A DNA stretch of 32,000 nucleotides, taken from the NCBI RefSeq assembly GCF_000023205.1, contig NC_012803.1, positions 570,001-602,000 of the forward strand, read 5' to 3'. Position numbers and translations under genes: made by a program. Source of the DNA: Micrococcus luteus NCTC 2665. Its GTDB lineage: Bacteria; Actinomycetota; Actinomycetes; Actinomycetales; Micrococcaceae. Numbering within the stretch: position 1 is the stretch's first letter; each line of letters opens with the position of its first letter. The notes under the pieces were generated by a model. It saw only the letters and a list, made by a program, of their open reading frames with translations. It made no database searches and was not told where the DNA came from. Shown one piece after another: positions 10,616 to 20,019 of the stretch.

Positions 10616-12454
10616 TCAGCGGCGGTAGAGGGCCTCGACGTCCTCGGCGTGGTCCTCGATCACCTGGGCCCGCTTGAGCTTCTGGGACTGGGTGACGTGC
10701 CCGGAGTCCTCGGTGAACGGGTGGTCCAGGATGCGGAAGCGGCGGATGGACTCGGCGCGGGAGACGCCCGCGTTGACCTGGTCCACCGCCTCCTGGATCG
10801 AGGCCAGCACGGTGGGGTCCGTGGCGGCCTCGGCCGGAGTGAGGCTGAGCTCGCGGTCCAGGGCCCACTGGGTGAGGGCCTCGGCGTCCAGGGTGATGAG
10901 GGCGCCCACGAACGGGCGGTTCTCCCCGACCACCACGACGTGCTCGATGAGCCGGTGCTGGCGCAGCGCCTCCTCCATGGGTGTGGGGTACACGTTCTTG
11001 CCGCCGGCGGTGATGATCACGTCCTTCTTGCGGCCGGTGATCCGCAGGAAGCCGTGCTCGTCCAGCGCGCCGATGTCCCCGGTGCGGAAGAAGCCGTCTT
11101 CCATCGCCTCCGCCGACGCCTTCGGCATGCCGTGGTAGCCGTCGAACACCACGGGCCCGCGGATGAGGATCTCGCCGTCCTCGGCGATCTTCACCGTCAC
11201 CCCGGCCACGGGCAGGCCCACGGTGCCCACGCGGTGCGCGCCGGGGATGTTCACGGTGGCCGGCGCGGTGGTCTCCGTGAGGCCGTAGCCCTCCACGATC
11301 GGGATGCCGGCGCCGCGGAAGAAGTGCACCAGCTCCGGGGAGAGGGCGGACGCGCCGGACACGCACGAGATCACCTCGCCGCCGAGGGCCTCCCGGATCT
11401 TGCGATAGACCAGCCGGTCGAACAGCGCACGCCGGGCGCGCAGCAGGGCCGAGGGGCCGGGGCCGTCCCCGAACTCGGCCTCGTCCACGGCCGTGGACCA
11501 CTCGATGGCGGTGCGCTTGGCCGCCGCGTAGATCCGCCCGGTGCCGCCCTTCTGGGCCTTGGCCTCGATGCCGGCCTCGACCTTCTCGAACACGCGCGGC
11601 ACGGCCAGCAGCCACGTGGGGTGGAAGGAGGCGAGGTCGCCGAGCAGCGTGGCCGGGGAACCGGAGTGGGCCACCTGGATGCGGGCGTACAGGCAGATGA
11701 CCTGGACGGCGTGGGCGAGCACGTGGGCCAGCGGGAGGAAGAGCAGGGTGCGCGACGTCGTCGTCTCCGGGGACCACTGGACCACCTCGCGCGCGAAGTG
11801 CAGCACGTTGATGGCCGCGCCCACGAAGTTGCCGTGCGTGATCACGGCGCCCTTCGGGCGGCCGGTGGTGCCGGAGGTGTAGACGATCGAGGCGGGGCTG
11901 GCGAGGGTCGCCAGGGAGCGGGCGTGCTCGACGGCGTCGTCCGACACGAACGCGCCGGCCTCGGCCAGCTCCGCCAGCCCCGCGTCCGTCAGCGGGAACG
12001 TCGCCACGTCCACGCCCGCGTGCCCGGCGGCCTCGGCGACACGCTCGTCGAGCTCCTCGCTGCCGACGGCGACCACCCGCAGCCCCGAGTCCGTGACGAT
12101 GTGCTCCACCTGGTGGGCGGAGGAGGTCTCGTAGATCGGCACGGAGACGGCGCCGGCGAACCACACGGCCTGGTCGAGGACGGCCCACGCGTAGGAGGTG
12201 GGGGAGAACAGGCCCACCCGGTCCCCGGGCTGGACGCCGCGGGCGATGAGGCCGGCCGCCACGGCGCGCACCTGGGTCAGGAACGCGGTGAAGTGGACGT
12301 CCACCCAGCCGCCCGCGCCGTTGCGCTGGGCGTACACGGGGGCGTCCGGCCGATCGGCACAGGAGGCGACGATCAGGTCCGTGATGTTGGAGTCCGCCGG
12401 CGGCATGCCGACGAGCTCGGTGGCGGACTCATGGACGGGGCTCTGGTTCTGCAC
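10616..12454 (-). CDS. fadD: Long-chain fatty-acid--CoA ligase (AMP-binding, FadD15-like)
   Basis: IVYTSGTTGRPKGAVITHGNF (AMP-binding motif), EGYGLTETT, FRTGDIG, ITGRKKDVIITAGGKNVYP. The GTG at 12454 is preceded by TACGCT-N6; the alternative start is ATG 12406. The track ORF 10616..14023 continues upstream as Arg-rich read-through. Confidence 0.85.
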   Translation of the reverse strand: MQNQSPVHESATELVGMPPADSNITDLIVASCADRPDAPVYAQRNGAGGWVDVHFTAFLTQVRAVAAGLIARGVQPGDRVGLFSPTSYAWAVLDQAVWFAGAVSVPIYETSSAHQVEHIVTDSGLRVVAVGSEELDERVAEAAGHAGVDVATFPLTDAGLAELAEAGAFVSDDAVEHARSLATLASPASIVYTSGTTGRPKGAVITHGNFVGAAINVLHFAREVVQWSPETTTSRTLLFLPLAHVLAHAVQVICLYARIQVAHSGSPATLLGDLASFHPTWLLAVPRVFEKVEAGIEAKAQKGGTGRIYAAAKRTAIEWSTAVDEAEFGDGPGPSALLRARRALFDRLVYRKIREALGGEVISCVSGASALSPELVHFFRGAGIPIVEGYGLTETTAPATVNIPGAHRVGTVGLPVAGVTVKIAEDGEILIRGPVVFDGYHGMPKASAEAMEDGFFRTGDIGALDEHGFLRITGRKKDVIITAGGKNVYPTPMEEALRQHRLIEHVVVVGENRPFVGALITLDAEALTQWALDRELSLTPAEAATDPTVLASIQEAVDQVNAGVSRAESIRRFRILDHPFTEDSGHVTQSQKLKRAQVIEDHAEDVEALYRR

Positions 12455-12522
12455 GGTCCGAGCGTATCCATTTCCGGGCGTGCGGCGCGCGGTCGGGCAC
12501 ACCCGCGCCCGCTCCGCGGCCG

Positions 12523-14145
12523 TCAGATCCAGCTGCTGAACCACATCCGCCAGCGCCACTGGTCGTACGGGATGACGTCGCCGATCCACACGGGAAGGAA
12601 GAACAGGGACACGGCGACGGCGATCGTCACGTACGCCAGCACCAGGGCCGAGCCCCAGCGGGGCCCGGGCCGGCGGCCCGGCCGCAGCAGCAGCGAGAGC
12701 GCCAGGGCGATCATCATCACGAGGAAGGGCTCGTAGGCGATCGTGTAGAAGAAGAACATGGTCCGCTCGGGCCACAGGAACCACACCAGCTGCCCGGCCG
12801 CGTAGGCGCCGAGCAGGGCGCCGGCCCGCCAGTCCCGGTGGCGCACCAGCAGCCACACGCACACGAGGACGGCGGCCAGGCCCGTCCACCACACGAACGG
12901 GTTGGCGATGTCCGTGATGGCCGACGAGCACGCGCCCGCGGCGTCCGCCGGGCAGATCCCCTCGCCGGGCTCTGCGCCCTCGTAGTAGTAGCTCACGGGC
13001 CGGCCCATGAACGGCCAGGTCCACGGGTTGGCGGCGTAGTCGTGGGGGCTGGTGAGGCCCTGGTGGAAGGTCGTGGACTCCTCGTGGTAGTGCCACAGGG
13101 AGCGCAGCGGGCCGGGGACCAGCCCGGCGAGCAGGCCCTCCGGCGGGTTGTCCCGGTGCCAGTCCCGGTAGTAGCCGCCCCCCGTGACGAACCAGCCGGT
13201 CCACGAGGCCAGGTAGGCGACCAGGCCGCCGCCCACCACGGCCACGAACGCGTACAGGCCGTCCTTCTCGACGCCGGCCCACGCCCAGTGCCGCACCCCG
13301 GCGGTCCGGCGCGCGGACATGTCCCACAGGACCGTGAGCAGGCCGAAGGCCGCCATGAACGCCAGCCCGGAGAGCTTCACGGCGCAGCCGGCGCCCAGCA
13401 GCACGCCCGCGAGCAGTCGCCACGGGCGCCAGCCGAGCCACGGCCCGCTGGCCAGGGCGTCGCGTCCCCGCCGGGCGACGTCGAGGGCGAGCCGCTCCGC
13501 GAGCAGCCGCCGCCCGTGCACGCGGTCCGCCAGCAGCGCGGCGAAGGCCGCGAGCACGAAGAACGAGAGGAAGATGTCCAGCAGCCCGATGCGGGACATC
13601 ACCAGGTGGTGGCCCTCCACGGCCAGCAGCAGCCCGGCGACCGCGCCCAGGGACACCGAGCGCAGCAGGTGCTGCGTGGCGAGGGCGACCAGCAGGACGG
13701 AGAGCGTGCCGGCCACCGCGGCGCTGAACCGCCAGCCCACCCCGTTGTCCGGGCCGAACGCGAGCATGCCCAGGCCGATCAGCCACTTGCCCAGCGGCGG
13801 GTGCACCACGTAGGCGGCCCCCTCGAGCGGCTCCGCCTCGCCGCGCGCGAACGCGTCGTTGACGTCCTCGTCCCACCGCCGCTCGTAGCCGGACTCCAGG
13901 AGGGAGTAGGCGTCCTTGGGGTAGTAGGTCTCGTCGAAGATCAGCTGATCCGGGTGGGCCAGGTTCGTGAACCGCAGGACGCCGGCGATCGCCGTGACCA
14001 GCAGCGGCAGGATCCAGTGCCACCGCGTCAGGGGTGCCGCACTCACCCCGAGGCGGGCGCGCAGGGCGGCGACGCCGAAGGGGCCGTCGTCGGCCGCGAC
14101 GGCGGCGGGGCGGGGGGCGAGGGCGGTGGCGGGCACGGGCTCCAT
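12523..14145 (-). CDS. pmt: Dolichyl/polyprenyl-phosphate-mannose--protein O-mannosyltransferase
   Basis: MEPVPATAL...LIFDETYYPKDAYSLLESGYE...VVHPPLGKWLIGLGM... has many TM segments and the C-terminus YDQWRWRMWFSSWI. It is divergent from rsmI, as in mycobacteria. The start is moderately uncertain. Confidence 0.85.
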   Translation of the reverse strand: MEPVPATALAPRPAAVAADDGPFGVAALRARLGVSAAPLTRWHWILPLLVTAIAGVLRFTNLAHPDQLIFDETYYPKDAYSLLESGYERRWDEDVNDAFARGEAEPLEGAAYVVHPPLGKWLIGLGMLAFGPDNGVGWRFSAAVAGTLSVLLVALATQHLLRSVSLGAVAGLLLAVEGHHLVMSRIGLLDIFLSFFVLAAFAALLADRVHGRRLLAERLALDVARRGRDALASGPWLGWRPWRLLAGVLLGAGCAVKLSGLAFMAAFGLLTVLWDMSARRTAGVRHWAWAGVEKDGLYAFVAVVGGGLVAYLASWTGWFVTGGGYYRDWHRDNPPEGLLAGLVPGPLRSLWHYHEESTTFHQGLTSPHDYAANPWTWPFMGRPVSYYYEGAEPGEGICPADAAGACSSAITDIANPFVWWTGLAAVLVCVWLLVRHRDWRAGALLGAYAAGQLVWFLWPERTMFFFYTIAYEPFLVMMIALALSLLLRPGRRPGPRWGSALVLAYVTIAVAVSLFFLPVWIGDVIPYDQWRWRMWFSSWI

Positions 14146-14233
14146 GCTAGGGGGACGGGTGGACGGCGAGACGTGCACGGTGACCGGGGCCGTAGGCTCG
14201 GGGCAGCCGTCCCGTCCGTCGAAAGGTCGTCCC

Positions 14234-15091
14234 ATGCCCGAGGGCCGCATCGTCCTGGCCGCCACCCCCATCGGCAACCTCGGGGACGCGTCCGCGCGCC
14301 TGCGTGAGCTGCTGGCGGAGGCGGACGTGATCGCCGCCGAGGACACCCGGACCGCGCGGCGCCTGTGCGCCGGACTGGGCGTCACCCCGGCGGGCAGGGT
14401 GGTGGCCCATCACGAGCACAACGAGGCGGCCTCCGCCCAGGGGCTGCTGGACCAGGTGCGGGGCGGTGCCACGGTGGCGGTGGTCTCGGACGCGGGCATG
14501 CCCACGGTCTCGGACCCGGGGTACCGGCTCGTGGCGGCCGCGGTGTCCGCAGGGCTGCCCGTGACCTGCGCGCCCGGCCCCTCCGCCGTGACCACCGCGC
14601 TCGCCCTCTCCGGCCTGCCGACGGACCGGTTCGCCTTCGACGGCTTCGTCCCCCGCAAGGACGGGGAACGACGGCGATGGCTCACCTCCCTGCTGACCGA
14701 GGCGCGCACCGTGGTCGCCTTCGAATCGCCGCAGCGTCTGGCGGACGCGCTGGCCGTCGTCGTGGAGGTCCTCGGACCGGAACGGCCGGTGTGCGTGGCC
14801 CGCGAGCTCACCAAGCTGCACGAGGAGGTGGTGCGCGGCACCGCGGCCGAGGTGCAGGCCTGGGCTGCGGAGCGGCACGCGGGGGAGGGGATCCGCGGGG
14901 AGATCGTGCTGGTGATCGGGCCGCCCGCGCCCGGCGCCGAGGGCGAGGCGTCCGAGGCGGACGCCGTCGCCGAGGTGGCGGTGCTGGTGGAGTCCGGCAC
15001 CCGGCTCAAGGAGGCCGTGGCCGCGGTGGCCGGAGCCCACGGGATGCGGAGCCGGGAGCTCTACCAGGCGGTGCTCGCGGCCCGGGGCTGA
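14234..15091 (+). CDS. rsmI: 16S rRNA (cytidine1402-2'-O)-methyltransferase
   Basis: MPEGRIVLAATPIGNLGDASARLRELLAEADVIAAEDTR...VSDAGMPTVSDPGYRLV...ARELTKLHEEV. GAAAGG lies upstream of the ATG. Confidence 0.9.
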   Translation: MPEGRIVLAATPIGNLGDASARLRELLAEADVIAAEDTRTARRLCAGLGVTPAGRVVAHHEHNEAASAQGLLDQVRGGATVAVVSDAGMPTVSDPGYRLVAAAVSAGLPVTCAPGPSAVTTALALSGLPTDRFAFDGFVPRKDGERRRWLTSLLTEARTVVAFESPQRLADALAVVVEVLGPERPVCVARELTKLHEEVVRGTAAEVQAWAAERHAGEGIRGEIVLVIGPPAPGAEGEASEADAVAEVAVLVESGTRLKEAVAAVAGAHGMRSRELYQAVLAARG

Positions 15092-15264
15092 CGCGTCCCC
15101 GGCTACACAGATGCTCATGCGCGGGGGCGCGGCCCCGGGGCCTGGCTAGGATCAGCCGTGGAGCCGCCGCTGGGCGGCGTCGGAATAGCCGTGGCCGTCC
15201 ACCCGTTTCCTTTCAGGACGCGGGGCGTGCCGCCTCCGACCACCGACCCCGAAAGAGGTGCATC

Positions 15265-16752
15265 ATGACCGTGACCGCTGAGCGCGAGAAGGCGCTGCTG
15301 GAGTCCGTCCCCACCGGCCTGCTGATCGACGGCGAGTGGCGAGATGCCTCCTCCGGCAAGACCTTCGACGTGAAGGACCCGGCCACCGGCAAGGTCATCG
15401 CGAGCCTGCAGGACGCGAACTCCGACGACGCCATGGCCGCCTTCGACGCCGCCTGCGCCGCGCAGGCCGAGTGGGCCCGCACCCCGGCCAAGGAGCGCGC
15501 CGACATCCTGCGCCGCGCCTACGACCTGATCAACGAGCGCGCCGAGGACTTCGCGCTGCTGATGACCCTCGAGATGGGCAAGCCGCTCGCCGAGGCCCGC
15601 GGCGAGGTCACGTACGGCAACGGCTTCCTGCGCTGGTTCTCGGAGGAGGCCGGCCGCCACTACGGCCGCACCCTCACCGTGCCCGAGGGCACCCTGCGCA
15701 TGCAGGTGCACCACCGCCCGGTGGGCCCGTGCCTGCTGATCACCCCGTGGAACTTCCCGCTGGCCATGGCCACCCGCAAGGTGGGCCCCGCCGTCGCCGC
15801 CGGCTGCACCATGGTCCTCAAGGCCGCCAAGCTGACCCCGCTGACCACCCAGCTGTTCGCGCAGGTGATGCAGGAGGCCGGCCTGCCCAAGGGCGTGCTC
15901 AACGTCGTCGCGGGCTCCTCCGCCTCGTCGATCTCCGGCCCGATCCTGCAGGACCGGCGCCTGCGCAAGGTGTCCTTCACCGGTTCCACGCCGGTCGGTG
16001 TGCGCCTCATGAAGGACGCCGCGGACAACGTCCTGCGCACCTCCATGGAGCTCGGCGGCAACGCCCCGCTCATCGTCTTCGAGGACGCGGACCTGGACGC
16101 CGCCGTCGAGGGCGCCTTCGCCGCGAAGATGCGCAACATGGGCGAGGCCTGCACCGCCGCCAACCGCTTCCTCGTGCACGAGGACGTGGCCGAGGAGTTC
16201 ACGCAGAAGTTCGTGGCCAAGCTCGAGGCGCTCAAGCCCCTGCGCGGCACCGACCCGGAGTCCACCCTCGGCCCGATCGTGGACGAGGGCGCGCGCGACG
16301 ACATCGACCAGCTCGTCCAGGACGCCGTGGCGGCCGGCGGCGAGGTGCTCACCGGCGGCCACAAGATCGAGGGCGACGGCTACTTCTACGCGCCGACCGC
16401 GATCAAGGTGGAGAAGGGCAACCCGATCCTCCAGCAGGAGATCTTCGGCCCGGTGGCCCCGATCGTGACCTTCGCCTCCGAGGAGGAGGCCATCGAGATG
16501 GCCAACGACACCGAGTACGGCCTCGCCTCCTACGTGTTCACGAAGGATCAGGCCCGGATGTACCGCGTGGCCGAGAGCATCGAGTTCGGCCTCATGGGCT
16601 ACAACGTGGGCATCATCTCCAACCCGGCCGCGCCGTTCGGCGGCGTGAAGCAGTCGGGCCTGGGCCGTGAGGGCGGCGCCGAGGGCATCGAGGAGTACAC
16701 CTCGGTGCAGTACATCGGCATCGCCGACCCGTGGGCGGCCGCGAAGGCCTGA
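15265..16752 (+). CDS. gabD: NAD(P)-dependent succinate-semialdehyde dehydrogenase (aldehyde dehydrogenase superfamily)
   Basis: ITPWNFPLAM, FTGSTPVG, MELGGNAP (catalytic Glu), GEACTAANR (catalytic Cys), EIFGPV and EEYTSVQY. GAAAGAGG Shine-Dalgarno upstream. Confidence 0.85.
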   Translation: MTVTAEREKALLESVPTGLLIDGEWRDASSGKTFDVKDPATGKVIASLQDANSDDAMAAFDAACAAQAEWARTPAKERADILRRAYDLINERAEDFALLMTLEMGKPLAEARGEVTYGNGFLRWFSEEAGRHYGRTLTVPEGTLRMQVHHRPVGPCLLITPWNFPLAMATRKVGPAVAAGCTMVLKAAKLTPLTTQLFAQVMQEAGLPKGVLNVVAGSSASSISGPILQDRRLRKVSFTGSTPVGVRLMKDAADNVLRTSMELGGNAPLIVFEDADLDAAVEGAFAAKMRNMGEACTAANRFLVHEDVAEEFTQKFVAKLEALKPLRGTDPESTLGPIVDEGARDDIDQLVQDAVAAGGEVLTGGHKIEGDGYFYAPTAIKVEKGNPILQQEIFGPVAPIVTFASEEEAIEMANDTEYGLASYVFTKDQARMYRVAESIEFGLMGYNVGIISNPAAPFGGVKQSGLGREGGAEGIEEYTSVQYIGIADPWAAAKA

Positions 16753-16775
16753 CCCTCGCGCCGAGCCGTGCCCTC

Positions 16776-16828
16776 CGGGGGCGGTATCGGGTGGTATCCG
16801 ACGTGGATACCACCCGATACCGCCCCCG
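16776..16828. terminator. Perfect 23-24-bp-stem palindrome (51-53 nt) directly downstream of gabD
   Basis: GGGGGCGGTATCGGGTGGTATCC-gacgt-GGATACCACCCGATACCGCCCCC (16777-16827) has no mismatch. It starts 25 nt after the gabD stop and ends about 33 nt upstream of the tatD -10 box. There is no U-tract. Confidence 0.6.
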
Positions 16829-16859
16829 AGGCGTGTCGGGGGCCCCGGGCTCGTCTCCC

Positions 16860-16865
16860 TAGAGT
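16860..16865 (+). promoter_or_regulatory. Putative -10 box TAGAGT, 7 nt before the tatD ATG (leaderless geometry)
   Basis: TAGAGT-ggggtgc-ATG(16873). Confidence 0.35.
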
Positions 16866-16872
16866 GGGGTGC

Positions 16873-17826
16873 ATGGCCCACGCATCCGAGACCCCGCTCG
16901 CCTACCGCGCCCCCGCCCCGCAGCCGGACGACGACGGCGGCCCGCGCCGGGACGCCCACGAGGAGAAGTCGGGCCGCAAGCGTCGTCTCGAGTACCCGCC
17001 CGCACCCGAGCCGCTGCCGGTGCCCGTCGTGGACAACCACACGCACCTCGACTTCCGCGACGGCCTGGTCCGCGTGGACGTCCACCAGGCGATGGACGCG
17101 GCGGAGGCCGTGGGCGTGACCGGCGCGGTCCAGGTGGGCTGCGACGTCGCCTCGGCCCGGTTCACGATCGCGGCGATCGAGGCCGAGCCCCGCCTGCTCG
17201 GCGCCGTGGCGCTGCACCCCAACGACGCGGCCCGCCTGGCCGAGCGCGGCGAGTTCGAGGACGCGTTCGCGGAGATCGCCGAGTTCGCCCGTCACCCTCG
17301 CGTGCGCGCGGTGGGTGAGACGGGCCTCGACTACTTCCGGACGCAGGACGAGGCCGGCCACGCGGCGCAGCAGGAGTCCTTCCGCCGGCACATCCGACTC
17401 GCCCGCGAACTCGGCACGGCTCTGCAGATCCACGACCGGGACGCGCACGACGACGTCGTCCGGATCCTGCTCGAGGAGGCGTCCGACGGCGGGCTGCCCC
17501 CGCACGTGGTGTTCCACTGCTTCTCCGGCGGCCCCGATCTGGCCCGCACGTGCACCGAGCACGGCTGGCACATGTCCTTCGCCGGTCCCGTCACCTTCAA
17601 GGCCAACGACGAGCTGCGCGAGGCGCTGCGGATCGCCCCGGCCGAGCTGCTGCTCGTGGAGACGGACGCGCCCTTCCTCACGCCGCATCCGCACCGGGGC
17701 CGCCCCAACGCGCCCTACCTGGTCCCGGTGACCCTGCGGGGCATGGCGGAGACGCGCGGAGACGACGTGGCGGCCCTCGCCCGCGCGGTGAGTGAGAACA
17801 CCGCCCGGGTGTACGGCTCGTTCTAA
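16873..17826 (+). CDS. tatD: TatD-family metal-dependent hydrolase/DNase
   Basis: VVDNHTHLDF, GETGLDYF, LQIHDRDAHDD, FHCFSG, LLLVETDAPFLTP. There is an N-terminal extension of about 50 aa. Confidence 0.85.
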   Translation: MAHASETPLAYRAPAPQPDDDGGPRRDAHEEKSGRKRRLEYPPAPEPLPVPVVDNHTHLDFRDGLVRVDVHQAMDAAEAVGVTGAVQVGCDVASARFTIAAIEAEPRLLGAVALHPNDAARLAERGEFEDAFAEIAEFARHPRVRAVGETGLDYFRTQDEAGHAAQQESFRRHIRLARELGTALQIHDRDAHDDVVRILLEEASDGGLPPHVVFHCFSGGPDLARTCTEHGWHMSFAGPVTFKANDELREALRIAPAELLLVETDAPFLTPHPHRGRPNAPYLVPVTLRGMAETRGDDVAALARAVSENTARVYGSF

Positions 17827-18052
17827 GTCGATCCAGACCCGGTGTCTGGGGTGGACGGCCTGCTGACCCGACTCCTCAAAACCCGGCCTCCCGTGTGGGC
17901 CAGTTCCGGATGGACCTGGTCATCGGCCCGGGCACGTTCGCCGGGCTGCAGGGGACGAGTCCCGAGTTCCGCGGGCTCGTCCGGCTCGGTGACCTCTCCA
18001 CCTGAGCGGAGCCCGCGCCGCTGCGCCCCGGTTACCCCGTCCGGTACCCCGA

Positions 18053-18058
18053 TAGACT
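18053..18058 (+). promoter_or_regulatory. Putative -10 box TAGACT, 7 nt before the rsmA ATG (leaderless geometry)
   Basis: TAGACT-cgcgggc-ATG(18066). Confidence 0.35.
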
Positions 18059-18065
18059 CGCGGGC

Positions 18066-18989
18066 ATGGTCCAGCCCTCCCCGCACCCCGTTCCCGCCCC
18101 GCTGCTGAGCGCCGCGGACGTGCGGCGCATCGCCGCCGAGCTGGACCTGCGTCCCACCAAGCAGTGGGGCCAGAACTTCGTGATCGACCCGAACACGATC
18201 CGGCGCATCGTGCAGGCCGCGGACGTGAGCGCGGACGAGCACGTGCTGGAGATCGGCCCCGGGCTGGGCTCGCTCACCCTCGGCCTGCTGGACGCGGCCG
18301 CCGCCGTCACCGCCGTCGAGATCGACCCGGTCACCGCCGCCCGCCTGCCGCGCACCGCCGCCGAGTTCCGCCCCGGGGCCGAGGACGCCCTCGCCGTGCT
18401 GCACGCGGACGCCATGACGCTGAGCGAGCAGGCCCTGGCCGAGGTCCGGCCCGCTGCCGCTGCCGGCAGCCCCACCGCGCTCGTGGCGAACCTGCCCTAC
18501 AACGTGGCCGTGCCCGTGCTGCTGCACGCGCTCGCGGTCCTGCCGGGGCTGCGGCACGGCCTGGTGATGGTGCAGGAGGAGGTCGCGGACCGTCTCGCGG
18601 CCGGGCCCGGATCCAAGGTCTACGGCGTCCCGTCCGCCAAGGCGGCGTGGTACGCGGACGTGCGCAAGGCGGGCACCATCGGCACCCAGGTGTTCTGGCC
18701 GGCTCCGCGCATCCACTCCGGGCTGGTCGCCTTCACCCGGCGCGAGCCGCCGGCGGGCAGCGCGTCCCGCCGGGAGGTCTTCGCCGTGGTGGACGCCGCC
18801 TTCGCCCAGCGCCGCAAGACCCTGCGCGCCGCGCTCGCCTCCTGGGCGGGATCGCCGCCGGCGGCGGAGGACGCCCTGGTGGCCGCCGGCGTGGACCCGC
18901 GGGCCCGCGGCGAGGCCCTGGACATCGCGGCCTTCGCGCGGATCGCCGAGCACGGCCCGCGGCGTGCGGCGGAGGAGGTGAGCGCATGA
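18066..18989 (+). CDS. rsmA: 16S rRNA (adenine1518/1519-N6)-dimethyltransferase
   Basis: [33 protein letters not shown] (SAM motif), [15 protein letters not shown]. The stop overlaps the ispE start (ATGA). Confidence 0.9.
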   Translation: MVQPSPHPVPAPLLSAADVRRIAAELDLRPTKQWGQNFVIDPNTIRRIVQAADVSADEHVLEIGPGLGSLTLGLLDAAAAVTAVEIDPVTAARLPRTAAEFRPGAEDALAVLHADAMTLSEQALAEVRPAAAAGSPTALVANLPYNVAVPVLLHALAVLPGLRHGLVMVQEEVADRLAAGPGSKVYGVPSAKAAWYADVRKAGTIGTQVFWPAPRIHSGLVAFTRREPPAGSASRREVFAVVDAAFAQRRKTLRAALASWAGSPPAAEDALVAAGVDPRARGEALDIAAFARIAEHGPRRAAEEVSA

Positions 18990-19954
18990 CGACGGAGGAC
19001 CTCGGCCTCGACCCCACGGCCCGGCACGTCACGGTCAGCGCCCCCGGCAAGGTGAACCTGTCCCTGCGGGTGGGGCCGCCCGGCGCGGACGGCTACCACC
19101 CCGTGGCCACCGTGTACCTGGCCGTCAGCCTGCGGGAGACCGTCACGGCGATCGCGCGCACGGACGGGAGGATCACCGTCGGCCCGTTGGGCCGCCACAT
19201 CAGTCTGGTGGACACCGAGGACGTGCCCTGGGACGAGCGCAACCTCGCGCACCGCGCCGCCGCGCACCTGCGGCGCACCCTCGGGCTCGATCCTGACACC
19301 CACGGCGTCCACCTCGAGGTCGCCAAGCAGGTCCCGGTCGCGGGTGGCATGGGCGGCGGCTCCGCCGACGCGGCCGCCGCGCTGCTCGCGTGCAGCGTCC
19401 TGTGGGAGACCGGGCACACCCGCGCCGAACTCGCCGAGCTGGCCGCCCCGCTGGGCGCGGACGTGCCCTTCAGCGTGCTGGGCGGCGCCGCCGTCGGGCT
19501 CGGGACCGGGGCCGAGCTGACCCCCGTCGCGGCCCGCACCCCGCTGCACCTCGTCCTCGTCCCGGCGGACGCCGGGCTGTCCACCCCCGCGGTGTTCCAG
19601 ACCCTGGACGAGCTGCGCCGGGAGGGCCACCTGCCCGACGGGCCGGCGCGCCCCGAGGTGAACGAGGCCGTCCTGCGGGCCCTCACCGCGGCCGACCCGC
19701 TCGCACTCGCCACCGCCATGGACAACGACCTGCAGACCCCGGCCGTCGTCCTGTTCCCCGAGCTCTCGGACGTCCTCGACCTCGGTCTGGACGAGGGCGC
19801 GCTGCGCGGCATGGTCTCCGGCTCCGGCCCCACCCTGCTCTTCGTGGTGCAGGACGAGGCCTCCGCGCTGCGGCTGGCCTCGGCCATCGAGGAGCGCACG
19901 GGCGTGCGCGCCCTCCCCGTCCACGGCCCCGTGCCCGGCGCCCACGTGCTGTGA
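18986..19954 (+). CDS. ispE: 4-(cytidine 5'-diphospho)-2-C-methyl-D-erythritol kinase
   Basis: [12 protein letters not shown]...[22 protein letters not shown] (GHMP kinase motif), VSGSGPT. In frame within track ORF 18164..19954. Confidence 0.9.
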   Translation: MTTEDLGLDPTARHVTVSAPGKVNLSLRVGPPGADGYHPVATVYLAVSLRETVTAIARTDGRITVGPLGRHISLVDTEDVPWDERNLAHRAAAHLRRTLGLDPDTHGVHLEVAKQVPVAGGMGGGSADAAAALLACSVLWETGHTRAELAELAAPLGADVPFSVLGGAAVGLGTGAELTPVAARTPLHLVLVPADAGLSTPAVFQTLDELRREGHLPDGPARPEVNEAVLRALTAADPLALATAMDNDLQTPAVVLFPELSDVLDLGLDEGALRGMVSGSGPTLLFVVQDEASALRLASAIEERTGVRALPVHGPVPGAHVL

Positions 19955-20019
19955 CACCCGGCGGCGCACCCCGCCGCACCCGACCACCCCTCCTCCGTCC
20001 GGAAAGGACCACTCCCTCC

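Noticed and set aside
15115-17694. 859-aa minus ORF spanning gabD, the palindrome and tatD
   Set aside because: This is an antisense shadow ORF. It crosses an intergenic palindrome and two well-supported plus-strand genes.
17827-18065. Possible c-di-AMP (ydaO-type) riboswitch, since such elements precede rpf genes in Actinobacteria
   Set aside because: I could not recognise the conserved ydaO core sequences by eye, and there is no rpf gene downstream. It is kept only as a generic structured-spacer observation.
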